Source: Podarcis gaigeae | Taxonomy: Eukaryota | Reading direction: 5' to 3' (one strand) | Length of the DNA stretch: 64,000 bases | NCBI GenBank assembly: GCA_964106915.2 | Contig: OZ066915.1 | Shown here: one piece after another, positions 13,501 through 26,600 of the stretch | Position numbering within the stretch: position 1 is the first letter of the stretch | Layout: each line of letters begins with the position of its first letter | The notes under the pieces: model-generated | The model's input: only the letters and a program-made list of their open reading frames with translations | Database searches by the model: none | What the model was told of the DNA's origin: nothing | Translations under genes and position numbers: made by a program

Positions 13501-14783
13501 TACTGAAATAAATGAATGGCACAAAATCTAGAACCAGTGCTCCCAGGCCCACTGATGATACCTTTGCCCCAGTGGTCTGCAGACAAGAGGATTCTGGCAG
13601 GCTTGTCACTCCATGAGGGAGGGTCTGCTGTTGTCCTGCATGAGAGTCCTTCCCTCGCTGGGGATGCAATGTGAAAGGAACCTGTAAGGATCTCATCCAG
13701 AAGGGCTGAAAGTTCATTCCACTGCAGTAGCTGCACAGAGCCAGCTAGTTGAAGGGAAAGAGACCTCACGGGGGGGGGGGGGCGCTTTACCTGCCTGTTC
13801 ATTGGACTACTTCCCAATAACACGCAGAGAGAGAAGTTTCTACTTTGTTCTTTCTTTTAGATGACAAAAACACCATGAGCAGTAAATAAGTAAATATTAA
13901 TAGGTTAATTACCTGCAAAAACAGATGACCTGGCTTCATCTATGTATTGCTTGCCAGGCAAATTCATAAACTTGATAGGTGCCTTATACTGAGCAAATAA
14001 TGGTTCGATACTAGTTGGCCTCCCCACCCCAGGATTTTGGGGTGTGGTCTTTTTTCTCCTATCTTTTAACTAGATCAGCCAGGACTAACTTCTGGTCATG
14101 TTGTGTAGAAATTATGTGCTCTACCATTTTGCTTTTACACCAGCTGAGCTTGGTGTAATTTATAAATGAATCAGGAGAAGATAATGTGGAAACATGATTA
14201 ATAGCATGATAATTTAGGAAGAATTGAAAATTTGAGCTTTTTAAAACTATTTTACCCACTGATTATGTGTTGTATATTCTTTCTGAAATGAATCCCAGAG
14301 TATTTTATATTGATGCTTAAGGCAGAAGTTTTAGAATTCTGAACAATGGACTATGGATTTGCTTCAGAGGTATAGTTCATTGATCTGCTAAGCCACCTTT
14401 TGCAGTTTATTATCTGTTTTATCTTGGAGCATGAGGGCTCTTGCCCCCTTTCACTAGATGATCAAACATTTTAAAATTTGGTCTCCTGGTGTCGGAAAAT
14501 GACAGAAGAATTGGGAATTGGACAAATATGTCTCGGTATGCATGCCAATCTCCTTGGAGTGCTGAGATATCACATTTCAGGATTTGCTGATCTGGAAAGT
14601 TGTGACTTATTTATATGGTATGATAGAACAGGAATGACAGGCCTCTACACAGAATGAAAAAAAATAGGCACAGAGAAACAAAAGAAGAAGAGGGGAAATG
14701 GAGACATGAATAGGCAGGGGAGGAATAATAAAATTTCCATTTTACAGTGTGTTGCAATAAAGTATAGGCCTATAGGGACTAGA

Positions 14784-15195
14784 GCAAGGGTGAGAAATCT
14801 TTTTCAGTTTGGGGGACACATTTGCCAATGGGCATGCTTCTGGGAGCTGCATGCCAGTGGTGGGTGGGGCCAGAGGCAAAGGTGAGTGGAGCAACGGTTG
14901 TGACTCTCACCATGTAAATGTGACTCTCACCATGTACAGTTGGCTCCATTCCGGCCAAGCAAAAGCAGAGGTTTCTCTGTGCACACACACAAGTCTCCTT
15001 CAGGCAAGGATGTGCCAGTTCAAAGGCACATTCCAGCCAGGCAAAAGCACTTGTGGAGCTTGCAGGACAGAGTTTCTGGTGAAGAGTGTGGTTCATGGAG
15101 AGGGTGTGTGGGGCCCACGGAGAATCTAAGGTCCTGACAGAGAAGCCTAGAGGGCTATATTGGAACCTGGGCCTTAGATCCCTACCCCACCCCTA
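14784..15195. mobile_element. Degraded non-autonomous DNA-transposon-like repeat
   Basis: caagggtgagaaatctttttcag...gggggacacatt start and a ...gggccttagatccctacccca end resemble squamate hAT MITEs; contains a 20-bp tandem duplication. Confidence 0.45.
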
Positions 15196-15406
15196 GATTA
15201 CGGGGATAAAGAAGCAGCAATTCCAGAGGGGACCAAAGTAGGGAAGTGGTTGGTGGAGGAGACAGTGAATATAGATTAGGGCCACCTGGGCACATGCAGG
15301 TCCTTCCTGGGGCCTCTGGAAAATCTGTCTGTGGATGTATGCATTTGTTGTAACACAATGGGAGCGGGGGGAACATTTTCAATGCTGTGTGTCTTATCTC
15401 TTTTAG

Positions 15407-15590
15407 GAGCGGAAACTGTGTGCCCATCCCAGACTGGAAATCTACAAAGGCAACAAAATCTATTTTGTATGCCCCCTTGCCCGTCAAGGGGACTTCTACG
15501 TGCCTGAAATGAAAGAGTTGGAGAAGAAAAGCAGAGCAGCTGCAGCTGCAGCAGCAGCAGAAGCTGAAGATGCTCAAATAGATATCACAG
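15407..15590 (+). CDS. TEX264: TEX264 penultimate coding exon (end of GyrI-like domain, start of disordered linker); phase 0 in, phase 1 out
   Basis: Acceptor tcttatctcttttag ends at 15406 and donor G|gtatgc starts at 15591. The 184 nt translate to ERKLCAHPRLEIYKGNKIYFVCPLARQGDFYVPEMKELEKKSRAAAAAAAAEAEDAQIDIT(G), matching recalled human ERKLCAYPRLEIY...CPLARQGDFYVPEMKE. It is absent from the ORF track because it is an internal exon. Confidence 0.96.
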
Positions 15591-16596
15591 GTATGCTATT
15601 ATGAAATACTAGAGGAAATCTGCTGAGTTCGATGCTAGTAATGTGCCTCTTGTATTGGAAAACAGTCCATTTTTTAAAGATGCAAAGATATGCTTTATAC
15701 CATTGGTCCATCTAACCCAGCACTTCTATTTGGACTGGAAGCAACTTGGGAGTCTTTTAAACCAGGGATTCCAAGAAGGAATGAACTTGAGACTTTCTAT
15801 AATTCTTTTATTATTAGCTGCCCTGAGGATATTTTATACTGAAGACTGACATGCATATTTATGCAAAATAAATATGTATGCTCTGCCACTACTCTATGGC
15901 CTTTCCCATTTATATGAAGCTACAATGCATTACTATAACAAGCAAGGCTATTTAATGACTATAACCAGAATGGTGGTTTAGATTTGAGTAAATTTCACGT
16001 TCATGCTATTCCTAAATCAGTAATTGTCAGAAATGATATACACTAGTTCACAACTTCATTTCATACTGCTCTTGCCTTCTTAGATACTTTATCTAAGACA
16101 GAGATTCTTCATTGTTGTCCCAGTATAGATCCTTTAGCCAACAAGATAACTGTTGTTTGTTTCTAAAGGAGGCTCAAAGTTATTTTGTAGTTTAATGCAG
16201 TTTGAACATATGGAGTGTTGATATGTGAGGACCTGTATCATGTTTGTGGCTTACCGCCTTCTCTTTTAACTATTGCCAAATTTATGAGTGAATGCTGTGT
16301 TTTGACAGCAGAAGGCTATTCCAAGACTAAAAGGCTATTCTTGGCTTTATTGGTATTCTTTTATTCATCATCATTTTCATGGGAAATGTATTTTTTGCCA
16401 TAGACTCCCAGAAAAATGTGCAATTGAGCAAAAAAGAAAGAAAACCAATCACCCCTGTGAACAAATGGGGAAAATGGACCTTGTGAACAGAGGTGGAAAT
16501 AAAGAAGCAAGGCACGAGGTGCTGGGTGGCACTAGAGCCACATGTTTAATTTACAGTTAAATTTGGCAGAAAATGGTGACAGTTTAGGAAGCTATC

Positions 16597-17251
16597 TGTA
16601 CAGCATTACCTGTATGAGGTGAGCAAACCCCTGCTTAATGATAGTGGCAGGAATTATCCCGGCTCTTTCCCTTAAGGCCTGCCCACTCAGGTGAGTAGGG
16701 AAACCTTCTCAAGAGCTGCTGGGGTCCCACATCTCCCATGGGGTGATTCAGAGGTGCTCTGTATCTTGCCGATGGATCCCACAGGCCCAAGTGGCAAGCC
16801 TCAGGAAGCACCTATCACTCTGAAGAGTGGCTACCTACCTAAGGTACTCACTTTAACCCATTCCTTACCTGTTCACCTTCACACACAGCACCTTCCTAAA
16901 TGTGGCTAATTTACCTCATTAACAGGACCGCCACTCAAACTGCCCTCAAACCATCAGAGTAGGTTTGAGTACAGAGTAGGCAAAAGAAACAAAAACAAAC
17001 ACCTTGGTTGGCTGCCCGGTATACAGACAGGTTAAGAATTTCTATCTGCTCCTGAGTTGACAGGAAAACACCTGCACTATTCCCAAGAAAGGGTGGCAAG
17101 AATTTTCAAAGAAGTTGGTAGGGTAGGCAAAAGGGCTTAAATACTCTTATCCTGGTGATGGCCTGAGTGTTTAAGAATATATCCTGCACTACCAGAACTT
17201 CCTGTCCTTCTCTCACCCTGATCGCAAAAGCCAACTTCACCTGATGTTATG
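16597..17251. mobile_element. Probable LTR-like interspersed repeat
   Basis: Compositionally distinct block starting TGTA and ending ...gatgttatg (possibly decayed ...gttaca), with a strong CAG|GTGAGT donor at 16690; no TSD found. Confidence 0.4.
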
Positions 17252-18960
17252 GCCCAGGCTTTTTTGTGTCATGTGAAGGAAGAGAAAGGCCAGCTGCTTA
17301 ATAGCATTTATGAGGGCTTAATGTTCATGCTAATATTTACACATTAGTTCCTTCTTAGACTCCAATTACAATGTTTTCCCTATTCAAAATAGGACAACTG
17401 GTGCTTATAGTTCCATTCAGTTACCTTTTGGTGGCTTTGGTGTGGGTGTGATATGGGTGTGTATCTGTGGAAATGCAGTTCTTTATCCCAAAGGGGTCTT
17501 ATGGCCATAGATAGTGGTAGAGTGTGTGTTTTGCTTGGTTCAATGCCTAGAATCTCAAGAAAGAGTTGGGGAAAGATTCTGATCTGAAATTCTGGAGAGC
17601 TGCTGCCAATCAGTACTGAATTAGATGGCCCAATCACACCCCTCAGTATCAGACATGCTATCTCCTGCATGCTATTTTTTCTGCTGCTGTTTCTCTTTGA
17701 CCTCTTCAGGAAGCACAGGTCATTTGCTGGGGTTATTCAAAGGAATCATTTTCTCTCTTCTCTCCTGTCTGACATGATGCTATCCATGGTTCATAAATTA
17801 AAATGTGAGCCTTCTTAATTCACACTTCCCAAAAAATTAGGCAAAGCAAAATGAAACAATCCTTTGAAAAATCACATCATCCCAGATTTTGTGGTACAGC
17901 TTCCAACCAAAAAATATGTACAAATATGCACATATAAGCAAAAAATGCATAAAATGTACATACAGCTAAAATGCTGATAAGTGTTTGTGAGGACTTGTTT
18001 TTAAAAATTGCAAATTAATGATGAAATGTGGTGAACTGATCTTAAGACTGAAAAAATGAAAGAAACTGAAATAGACTGCTTTGTCCATCCTTGGACATGT
18101 AACACATCCAAGAAAGAACATGATTGTGCTTACGTCTGTATCTTCTCTTGGATAAGCCACATGTAACTGTTCTCATCACATAATTCTTGTTTATCTGTCT
18201 TATTTGGAATATTGAATTGCTTCAGATGACATTTTGATAGTGATTGTTATCCTATGGTGACAGGTAAAAAAGATTTATGCATATATAAAGGAAGCAATTG
18301 CAATTTTGAGAGGAGCATGACATCAGTGCTATCTGAAGCTCTCCTGATACTGTTGCTAGAGTACGGCAGACTTGCTAGCTACTGGGATCTGCCCATATGC
18401 TCACATCTTGTAGGACAAAAATATACATCGCCTGCAACTGCTATTTATAAATACCGTATGCATTACACATGGCGTATAAATTTGTTGTCATCTAAACAAC
18501 CATGAAGTTCCATGGCGTGTATCACAAACATAGCAAAATGCATGTAATAGTTCAAAATAGATACGATAATAAAATACGTTCCTTTTGTAATAGTGGTAAA
18601 TTATAAAAATGCCCAGGGAGCCAGATCCTGAAGACACATCAGACAGACAGCTACTAGCTGCCTACTTCTTAGGCTCCCACTGAGAAGGAGGCTGAGCTGT
18701 ATTCATAAGAGAAGATGTTGAGTCTTTAATGTTTTTTGCTTGCTGTTGTTCAATTAAGCAGCAGATACCAGTTTCACTGCCTGATGGTTTGATGGTTGGT
18801 TATTCTGCAGTTTATGCCCTTTGGTAGACACTGACATATGGGGAGCAAGTAAAAATGTTGAAGTCACTGAAGTTAAAGGGATGCCTGGCACTTGAAAATA
18901 TATCAGAGGAACACCTTCATCTTGGGAGAGGTGTTATTTAAAGCCCTTTAAAGCCCATTC

Positions 18961-19320
18961 CTTGTATTAATTTACAAAGCCCTGAACAACGTAAGTCCAG
19001 GATACCTTCAGGTCTGTCTAAACCCTTATATCCCAGCTTGTTCACTGAGATCATCTGCAGGTATGACGTTGGTTGTCCCCTGAGCTAGCGAGGCTCAATT
19101 TGGCATCAACATGAAATAAAACCTTTCTCTGCTGATAAAGATTCAGCAGGCACCTTCTGTTTCAACCTGCTGAAAAGTTCACTGTGTTGCCAGGTTTATG
19201 CAGACAGTTACAGAAATATATTTCCATAATAGTTAGCTGATGGTCTCTGATTTTAAATCTGTTTTTATTATGTGTGTTTATTATATAGAGATTGTAAACC
19301 ACATTGATATTTTTTTTTAA
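18961..19320 (+). mobile_element. Old L2 3' fragment
   Basis: Translates LIYKALNNVSPGYLQVCLNPYIPACSLRSSAG, homologous to LTFKALNGLGPVYLKERL of the young L2 at 34.8 kb. Confidence 0.65.
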
Positions 19321-20394
19321 AATATAACAAACAAACTAGCATTTGGATACTTCCAATGTCCATATTAGGACAATATCTTTATTGGGAACCAAAATAACAC
19401 AAAAAGGCTGTACAAGATTGATAAACAGAACAATTGGGTCTTGGGAAAGAAAAAATGTTGGCTGATGTTGACACCTGTTCCCCATGTTCTTCTGCCTGTA
19501 ACTTGTTTAATCCAATTTTAATACTGTATTTTCATATTGTTGTAATCTATTCTGGACCTTATGATGAAGGGTGGGTAAGAAATCCAGTAAGTAAGCCATG
19601 GAGTCTACAACTGATCAGTCATAAAATGGAATGGGAAAAAATGTAGAAGACATTCTGTTGACGCTGTTTAAGTGCTATGCAGGTGTCAGGATGTACATAG
19701 GCTCTTTTAACTGTTTCACTTGCATGTGAAGCTACTTTCAAGGTTACCTTAGTTACCATTAATATGTCATTTAGATTTATTAACACTTCCTCTAATGTTT
19801 CTTTTCCACTAAAACCTCAGTGGAGAAGCTGGAATACAAAGACCATCTCTCTGCAAGCTCTTGGTTTAATACAAACAACATGACGTCCAATAGAACAGAT
19901 TAAACAGCATTGTAGTACCATGTGTTATTGCTTTAGCATCTTCTGCTTAATTCTGCCTTAACTAGAGTTAAGAGAACATCAACCCAGATTCCTTTCATCC
20001 CAGGAGCACTATACTGGTCTTCTAGGGATTTGCAGGAGGGTTTTAGCCTGAATTCTGTTGTGTGAAGAATGAATTCCACTTTTAGAGAATTTCTTATTAG
20101 ATAGGTGATAATTAACAATGTCTAGCTGTTATACAACTTATGTTGCTTATCAACTGAAACAAATTTACCACGCGGTAACTTGTTTATAATTTCCAAATGG
20201 CTGACCTTACTTTCTCCTGCTGTCTAAAAAGAGTAAAGGAAGCTGTGCTCAATATATATAGCACAAGACTTCAGACATGCACTCTAACATTGATAAATAA
20301 CATTAGGTGACACGAATCCTGCTAAAGCTGGGTTTGGTTATAAATAGAGTTTCCATCAGGCCTTAATCTGTGGCAGGACTTCAGATTAACCTTT

Positions 20395-21114
20395 GTTGGC
20401 ATCTCTCTGTTTCAAGAGACAGTGAAGTGCGCTTCCGCAGGTGAAGCCAAACTGCTGTGTTAGCAGCACTGAAGTGACCTCCCCAGAGTGCAAGCCTGAG
20501 CAGTATGGAGGTCCTGGGCTGCCCAGACAACAAGATCCCCCTCTCAGCCTTGCTGATGTAGTCTAAAGGAATGCAGAGCAATACATTTGGCACCAGCATA
20601 GCTCTAGGAGTTGCCAGAAGGAGGCATACAGGGCACCATCCAACTATCTTTGGGACTCCACTCTGGATTTGTGTAGGGTTTACTCCTCATCCTTTTCTTC
20701 TCCTGAAGATATCCCAAAAGACAGCAGAAGTTTAGGATCAGTGTTTTCCTTCTCCTAGATGGGCTACCTTCCCAGTTTGACAAGCCCCACCTGCCCCTAA
20801 TTGCACTCTCCAGCATGTGCAGAAACCACCTTCTTGACTGTTCGCCCCACTATTGGTCTCATCCGTTCAATCCACCAGAGCCTGTCTTCACATGCTGGGG
20901 AAGTCCCTAACTCACTTAGGGTTTGAGACCCATCAGCTACCCTCACCTGGTTTAGTCAGTTAGTCAAGGCCATTCCAGGAGTTTGGGGGCTGTTGCATAC
21001 TGACAGCTTCTAGGAGCTACCAGTGAGAGCTGAGTATAGGTTGGGGACCAAACATGGACAAACTACTCCAGAAGGAGCATGACGTGTCCCCCACTAGAGT
21101 CTCTATCCCTCCCC
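20395..21114 (-). mobile_element. Non-autonomous RTE-related retroposon (UTR-derived, no ORF), ~720 bp
   Basis: Resembles a recalled lacertid RTE-derived repeat starting GGGAGGG(G)TAG...GGGGGACACGTC; extensive CpG decay. The family assignment is from memory only. Confidence 0.6.
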
Positions 21115-22975
21115 TAACATCCCATACACCAAAACTACTTCACTGGATACCACCTATAGCTTCGACTCAGTCTACAGTCATGCAAATCAATACTTTTACT
21201 TGGCTTTCCTGTTTGGTACCTTGGCTTTCCTGTTTGGTAAACAGACTAGCTCATATGGATTCCAGTAGTCTCTCATGAAGGCACTGATCAAAACCACACA
21301 CCCTTCTATTCAATAATGGAGTAGAAATAACTGTTCGTACACCATTCACAAATTTAGAATGACGGTGCCATTTAGCATGTCTGTTTGGCTTTGTTTCGCT
21401 CCTTCTTAGTCCCAGCATTTGGAATTTGTCCCCCACACACCTGGAATGTAGGGAATGAGCTTCCTTTCTACTGAGTGTGACTTCATGGCAGCTTGCTCAA
21501 CAGCACCTATTTTTTAGAAACATTGCACTGGTATTCACACTTGTCAGTCTGACATGTTTCAGCATTATGACTTTGAATTTTAACAAGAATAAAATATGTA
21601 TCTCTCCATCTTGTTATTTTACCCACTACTACATATTAAGGCTCCACATGTCTTTGTGAAGAACTTTCATTCTGGTCACAAGCAGCCCACAACCAGGACT
21701 CACTTGTAAACTGAATAGGATGGTTTTTCCCCTCTTTCCATTTTTATATATTAGGATATGTTGGTGAGTGGTTCAGAAAAGATATCTCAAGTAATGCTTT
21801 TTCAAAAGCATAGTCTGAGAGATTCAACAGCAATTTAGTGTTGCTACTGCTACATATTAGGGCTCCCAACACAAATGTATTCAATTCAGATTGATTTTTA
21901 TCCCCTTTGTTTGTGGCTGGCTATGTTGGGAAGAAAGGGAGCTACCATAACCTGATTTGGTTGCTTTTAATTACACAGAATGGAAGATCATTCAGGTTGT
22001 GATCTCAAATGTATCCATATATGGATTGGGATTAACGTTTAGCTCAAAATGGGGAGAGGAGAGATTTGTGAGCACCCCCTCTGCACACAGCACAAGGTTC
22101 GTTTTTTAGCAATCCATTTGCACAAGAAAATGCAACTGTTAACAAGGGTATGTGTGTGTATATGCACACGTACACAAAGACATCCACCAATTCTTCCTCA
22201 TGCTGTGATGCTCATTCAGATGTTCATTCCAGTGAAAATAAGACAGCACAAAGGAACAGCATCTTCAGTGTACAACTGAATGCTTGAATCAATCCACTGC
22301 ACTGATTTACTTTTCAGTATACATATGTATGCACATATCTGGATGCAAGGAAACATCAGCTTCATTGCTCTGGTAATGGGAATGTATTCCCTGCACATTG
22401 CAACAGCAGATTGAGGAACCATGGCTGCAAACAGGTACAAGTAATGCGTGAAATAGTGGACGATCAAGAGTCTTTTTGCACCTCTGAAATGGTAACTCAC
22501 TGGGATCTAGATATTTGCTTTAGACATCGCAGGGTGGGTTGTTTTGAAAATCCACTCAGCTTTTGAAAATCCACTCAGTCCAAAAACAAACAAACATGTG
22601 CAGTGGGAGAATGTCTCTTGGGCATGCACATCTAGTTATGTTGTTCTTGGGTTCCATCCTATGTTGTATTGGGATAAGCTAAACAAGTCATGGCTAATTC
22701 TATTGAATGCAGAGAACAGATACACAAATCAAGCAAACAGACTTTTTCTTACATCCTGTTTCTGGCTGGCTATGTGAGGACTGGTAGCCTTATCTGGGAC
22801 TGCATAGTGTTGCAGTAGAGAAATGTTGTGATGTGTTTCTTACAGGATGGAAACTTATTCAGGAATATAAAGTGATTTTATCATTTGAGTGGTTGTAAAT
22901 ATCAGCCAAGGTGATACTGAATATCTTGAGCACTGGGCATGATGACAGTTCAGTTAGACATGATAGCATTAGGTA

Positions 22976-23336
22976 AAAAGGTAAAGGTACCCCTGCCCGT
23001 ACGGGCCAGTCTTGACAGACTCTGGGGTTGTGCACCCATCTCACTTAAGAGGCCAGGGGCCAGCGCTGTCCGGAGACACTTCCGGGTCACGTGGCCAGCG
23101 TGACAAAGCTGCATCTGGCGAGCCAGAGCCGCACACGGAAATGCCGTTTACCTTCCCGCTGGTAAGCGGTCCCTATTTATCTACTTGCACCCGGAGGTGC
23201 TTTCGAACTGCTAGGTTGGCAGGCGCTGGGACCGAGCAGTGGGAGCGCACCCCGCCGCAGGGATTCGAACCGCGACCTTTCGATCGGCAAGTCCTAGGCG
23301 CTGAGGCTTTAACCCACAGCGCCACCTGCGTCCCCA
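22976..23336 (-). mobile_element. Full-length Sauria SINE with 14-bp TSD
   Basis: The minus strand starts GGGGACGCAGGTGGCGCTGTGGGTTAAA (A box), has B box GGTTCGAATCCC and ends in an (ACCTTT)n tail. TSD gatagcattaggta is at 22962-22975 and 23337-23350; CpGs are intact. Confidence 0.95.
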
Positions 23337-23444
23337 GATAGCATTAGGTAGCTGATCACAAAATGATCCAGCCTAATCCTGAAGAATTTTGGGCTTATTT
23401 TGCAGGTCGCTGTGTTCTTATTAAAAGAGGATTGTTCAAATTTA

Positions 23445-23685
23445 TGGAGGAAAAGGTTACTATTGGCTACTAACCATTATTCTACCTCCACTGCTGGAGG
23501 CAGTATGCCTCTGAATGTCAGTTGCTTGGAATCACAACTGGGGAAAGTGTTGCTGCACTCAAGTCCTGTTGCATGTAGGGTTCCAACAGTATCTGGTTGA
23601 CCACCATGCTAACAGGTTGCTTGAATGGATAGACCTTTGGTCTGATACAGCAGGACTCTTCTTAGTTTTTATGTTGTTATCTTAC
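23445..23685 (+). mobile_element. Degraded CR1-type 3' end
   Basis: ctacctccactgctggaggcagtatgcctctgaat...gacctttggtctgatacagcaggactcttcttagtttttatg; same family in reverse orientation at 32138-32320 and 61578-61840. Confidence 0.65.
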
Positions 23686-26600
23686 GTTCCCATCTTCAGA
23701 ACACTGAACAAAATGGGGACTGTAGATTCTGAGCAGCTTGCAAGATTCTAAGCCGTTTTTTTCTTCATCTTTTGCTTCCCATTCTGTCTTTTCCTTTAGC
23801 CTTTCTCTAAGAAGATGCTACTGCTCAGTGGGGAAAATTTGGCATCCACAACAATCTAGAAATAATAACAGTATAAGAGATTGTTCTTTCCAATCTCATT
23901 CTCTTGTGCAGTTAAAAACAAAACCTTCCATAGGGACTTTATTAGAATGTTTTCGTTACACCTTGTTTGTTTCAAAGGCCATCTTCATCCTTAATAATAC
24001 TTTGCCCTAATATAACACCTTTCCTTTGAAGTTCCCTGAGCTCTTTACAAACAGCTATATTAAAAATTCCCAGGTCTGTCTGATTTAATGATTTCATTTT
24101 ATGAATTTCCCTGCAGAAGCCTCTGCCATTTTCCCTGTTGACTTCTGATGCAACTGATGTCATTCAAAAGCTAGCGACCTGTAGATGTGCCAATAAATAG
24201 TTTGCATTTTTGAAGTAGAGCAGTGATCCTGTGACCTTGAAAGAAACACCACATCTGTCTTGCTATCTAATCTATCATCCTTCCTTCCTTCGAGCCCATT
24301 CCTCTGAGATGCTAAGTGCTTTCTACTTCTACTGTTGGCAGTGACTACTAATAATGCTTGACAACTTGGATGCTGGGGGGAGATTGCCGAGACCTTTGCT
24401 GAATTGGGATCCTTATCACACCATCTATATCGGCATACTGAGAACATGGCTGTTGCATCTGTGAAGATTCATCTGGAGCATTCAGGATACATGTGTATAT
24501 ATACTGTACTCTGGGCATATTGGGAGAAGCTGAAGACAACTGGATACCTATGCAATTTGAAACTGATCCCTTTTGCTGCTCGTTAGTCATGAAGGTCACA
24601 AGAAAGGGAGGGGTGGTTTGAAAGGAGCGAGAATGCTTCTGGGGCTTCTGTCAATCATAATTAGCTTTGTTTTGCACTTAATTGTCATGCAATGCTCAGG
24701 CACTAGCTATAGGTCCTAGGAGCATTCACTTTGTCCTTGCTCTCAGCAGGGCTGTCTCCTGGGTTTTTGTGTGACCATGAATGGAAGGTCATTTTTTTTT
24801 TTAAGTAGCCTCTTGTTAGGGAAAGAATTGTGCTTCTTGGAGCAATAAGGGACTGTGTCCCTCTGAGAGTTTCTGCATACACAATTTCAGAGAGATATAT
24901 ATAGTTTCAGAGAGGGATATACAGTTTCAGAGGTGCAGATGATCTTCACAGTTCACCCTGCTATTGGTACTCGCTTAAAGCAAAGAAGGCAGCAATCCCT
25001 ACATCTCTTGAGGGCTCACTCCCAACACAACAGATCTAGAGGGAATCTTTTGTAGCAGAAAGACAGTAATGAAGTTTCCCTACACTGGTATAGCACATTT
25101 TGAACAATGCACCTCCCTCCTCCATTGTCCTCAGTTCTCATGTAGCTCAGCTGGTCAGTCAACACCAACTCCTTTTTGCAAATACCTCCTGTAATCATTT
25201 CTTGTACTTTTCAGAATCTGAGCGTGACAGTGCTCTAGACTGTACAGTGACTTTGTGATGGGCCAGTAAACCTAAACTGAAGCTATCCATGCTTGCTTGC
25301 TTTAGCCACATAATAGATTTTGAATTCTAGTCCTTGATTTGGGGAAGCTAGCATGCTAAACCTCTGTGTAAACAAGAACACTTCTCCTATGCACCTCGCC
25401 TCACTTTTGCATTCTTTTTCCACTGAGCATATGCTTCTCTGTCCAGCTTTGGCACCTGTTGCCAGAAAGACCTGCTTGCTGGCTCTGGCTATGTCATGAC
25501 AAGTTCTCCTTGAAGGAGGCCTGCAGCTGCATCTTTTGTGGGGGATGGCCTAGGGGCTAGGCATGGAGTTGCTTTCCCACTTGTGTGTGCTGTCATTGTA
25601 GGCTGCTGATGCTTTGGGTCCCTGCCCCCTCCCCACTGCTGTGCCTGTCCCTACCCATCGCCTGGTGGCTTTTGTGTGGGGTTTGAAAAGCTGTGATTAA
25701 CTGTGCTTTGCCTGTTATTACATTGATCTATTATTTAAGGAGAGAGGAGATGAATATTTGATAGAGCTCAGAGCCTGGCTGGGGAAAGAAGGCCAGAACA
25801 CTGAAGGGAAGAATTATGGATTAAGTACTCTTGCCACAGCAGGAGTCCTCTGGAGTTGGGCAAACCCTCTCCTCCGGCTCTTCTCCTTTGGGGTTGGGGA
25901 CAATGTTCAGAGCTTTGTTTTGCTTCACTTTTTAACTTGTGCTTTTTCCCGGGGGAGGGGGGGCGGCAGCGGGAAGCACAAGGCTTTCAGACCTTCTAGC
26001 TTATGGTCTGAGTCACTTAACTTAATTATTACATGACTTGCAACCCACATCTTGCAAAAGGGAGCAATAATCCGAATTTTTATTCCAGAGTTGTCCTATA
26101 GCACTGTAAAGTAGTTGCAAGGAACAGAAAGATGCCCCATTACAATTTATTGGGAAGGTATTTTTAGCTTCAGGGAATCAAATCTCATTAATGGAAAACT
26201 TCTCTGCCACCCCAGGATAGGAACATTTTACACTTTTTAAAAAGGAAGGGGGTGGGCTTCTTGTGGTAGGGGGAGGATTAGCAATTCTTTTTTTCTATCC
26301 TTTCTTGTGTATATAAACATTTTAATTTTTTTAGTATTTATGATATTGCATTCTTTATTTGTTCTGCAACATCAAACAGATGGCTATAGAAAGATGTAAT
26401 GGTAAGTTTTCATAACCTAATCACTTTCCTTATCCCCATGTTCATCAGTGCAGAATGGTAGTCTCAAACCACTTCCAGTAAGAGACACCAATGTTATATA
26501 TATTTATGTCCCACAATGTTATATATGTTGTCTTTGTGATGAGGGTCTGATTATGGAATGCACGCCATTTTTAGATACAACTGATGCTGACTCTTAGATT

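Noticed and set aside
13145-13717. 190-aa minus-strand ORF
   Set aside because: Runs through a TA-flanked MITE and unrelated flanks; no protein-family signature.
15182-15577. 131-aa antisense ORF with a poly-Cys run
   Set aside because: Reverse complement of the TEX264 exon; the Cys run mirrors the GCA repeat.
19561-19615. ATGATGA...CTGA as a box C/D snoRNA
   Set aside because: Too short, no terminal stem, and appears to be part of an L2-like tail.
23255-23336. A-box/B-box sequence as a tRNA gene
   Set aside because: It is the tRNA-derived head of the Sauria SINE, not a cloverleaf tRNA.
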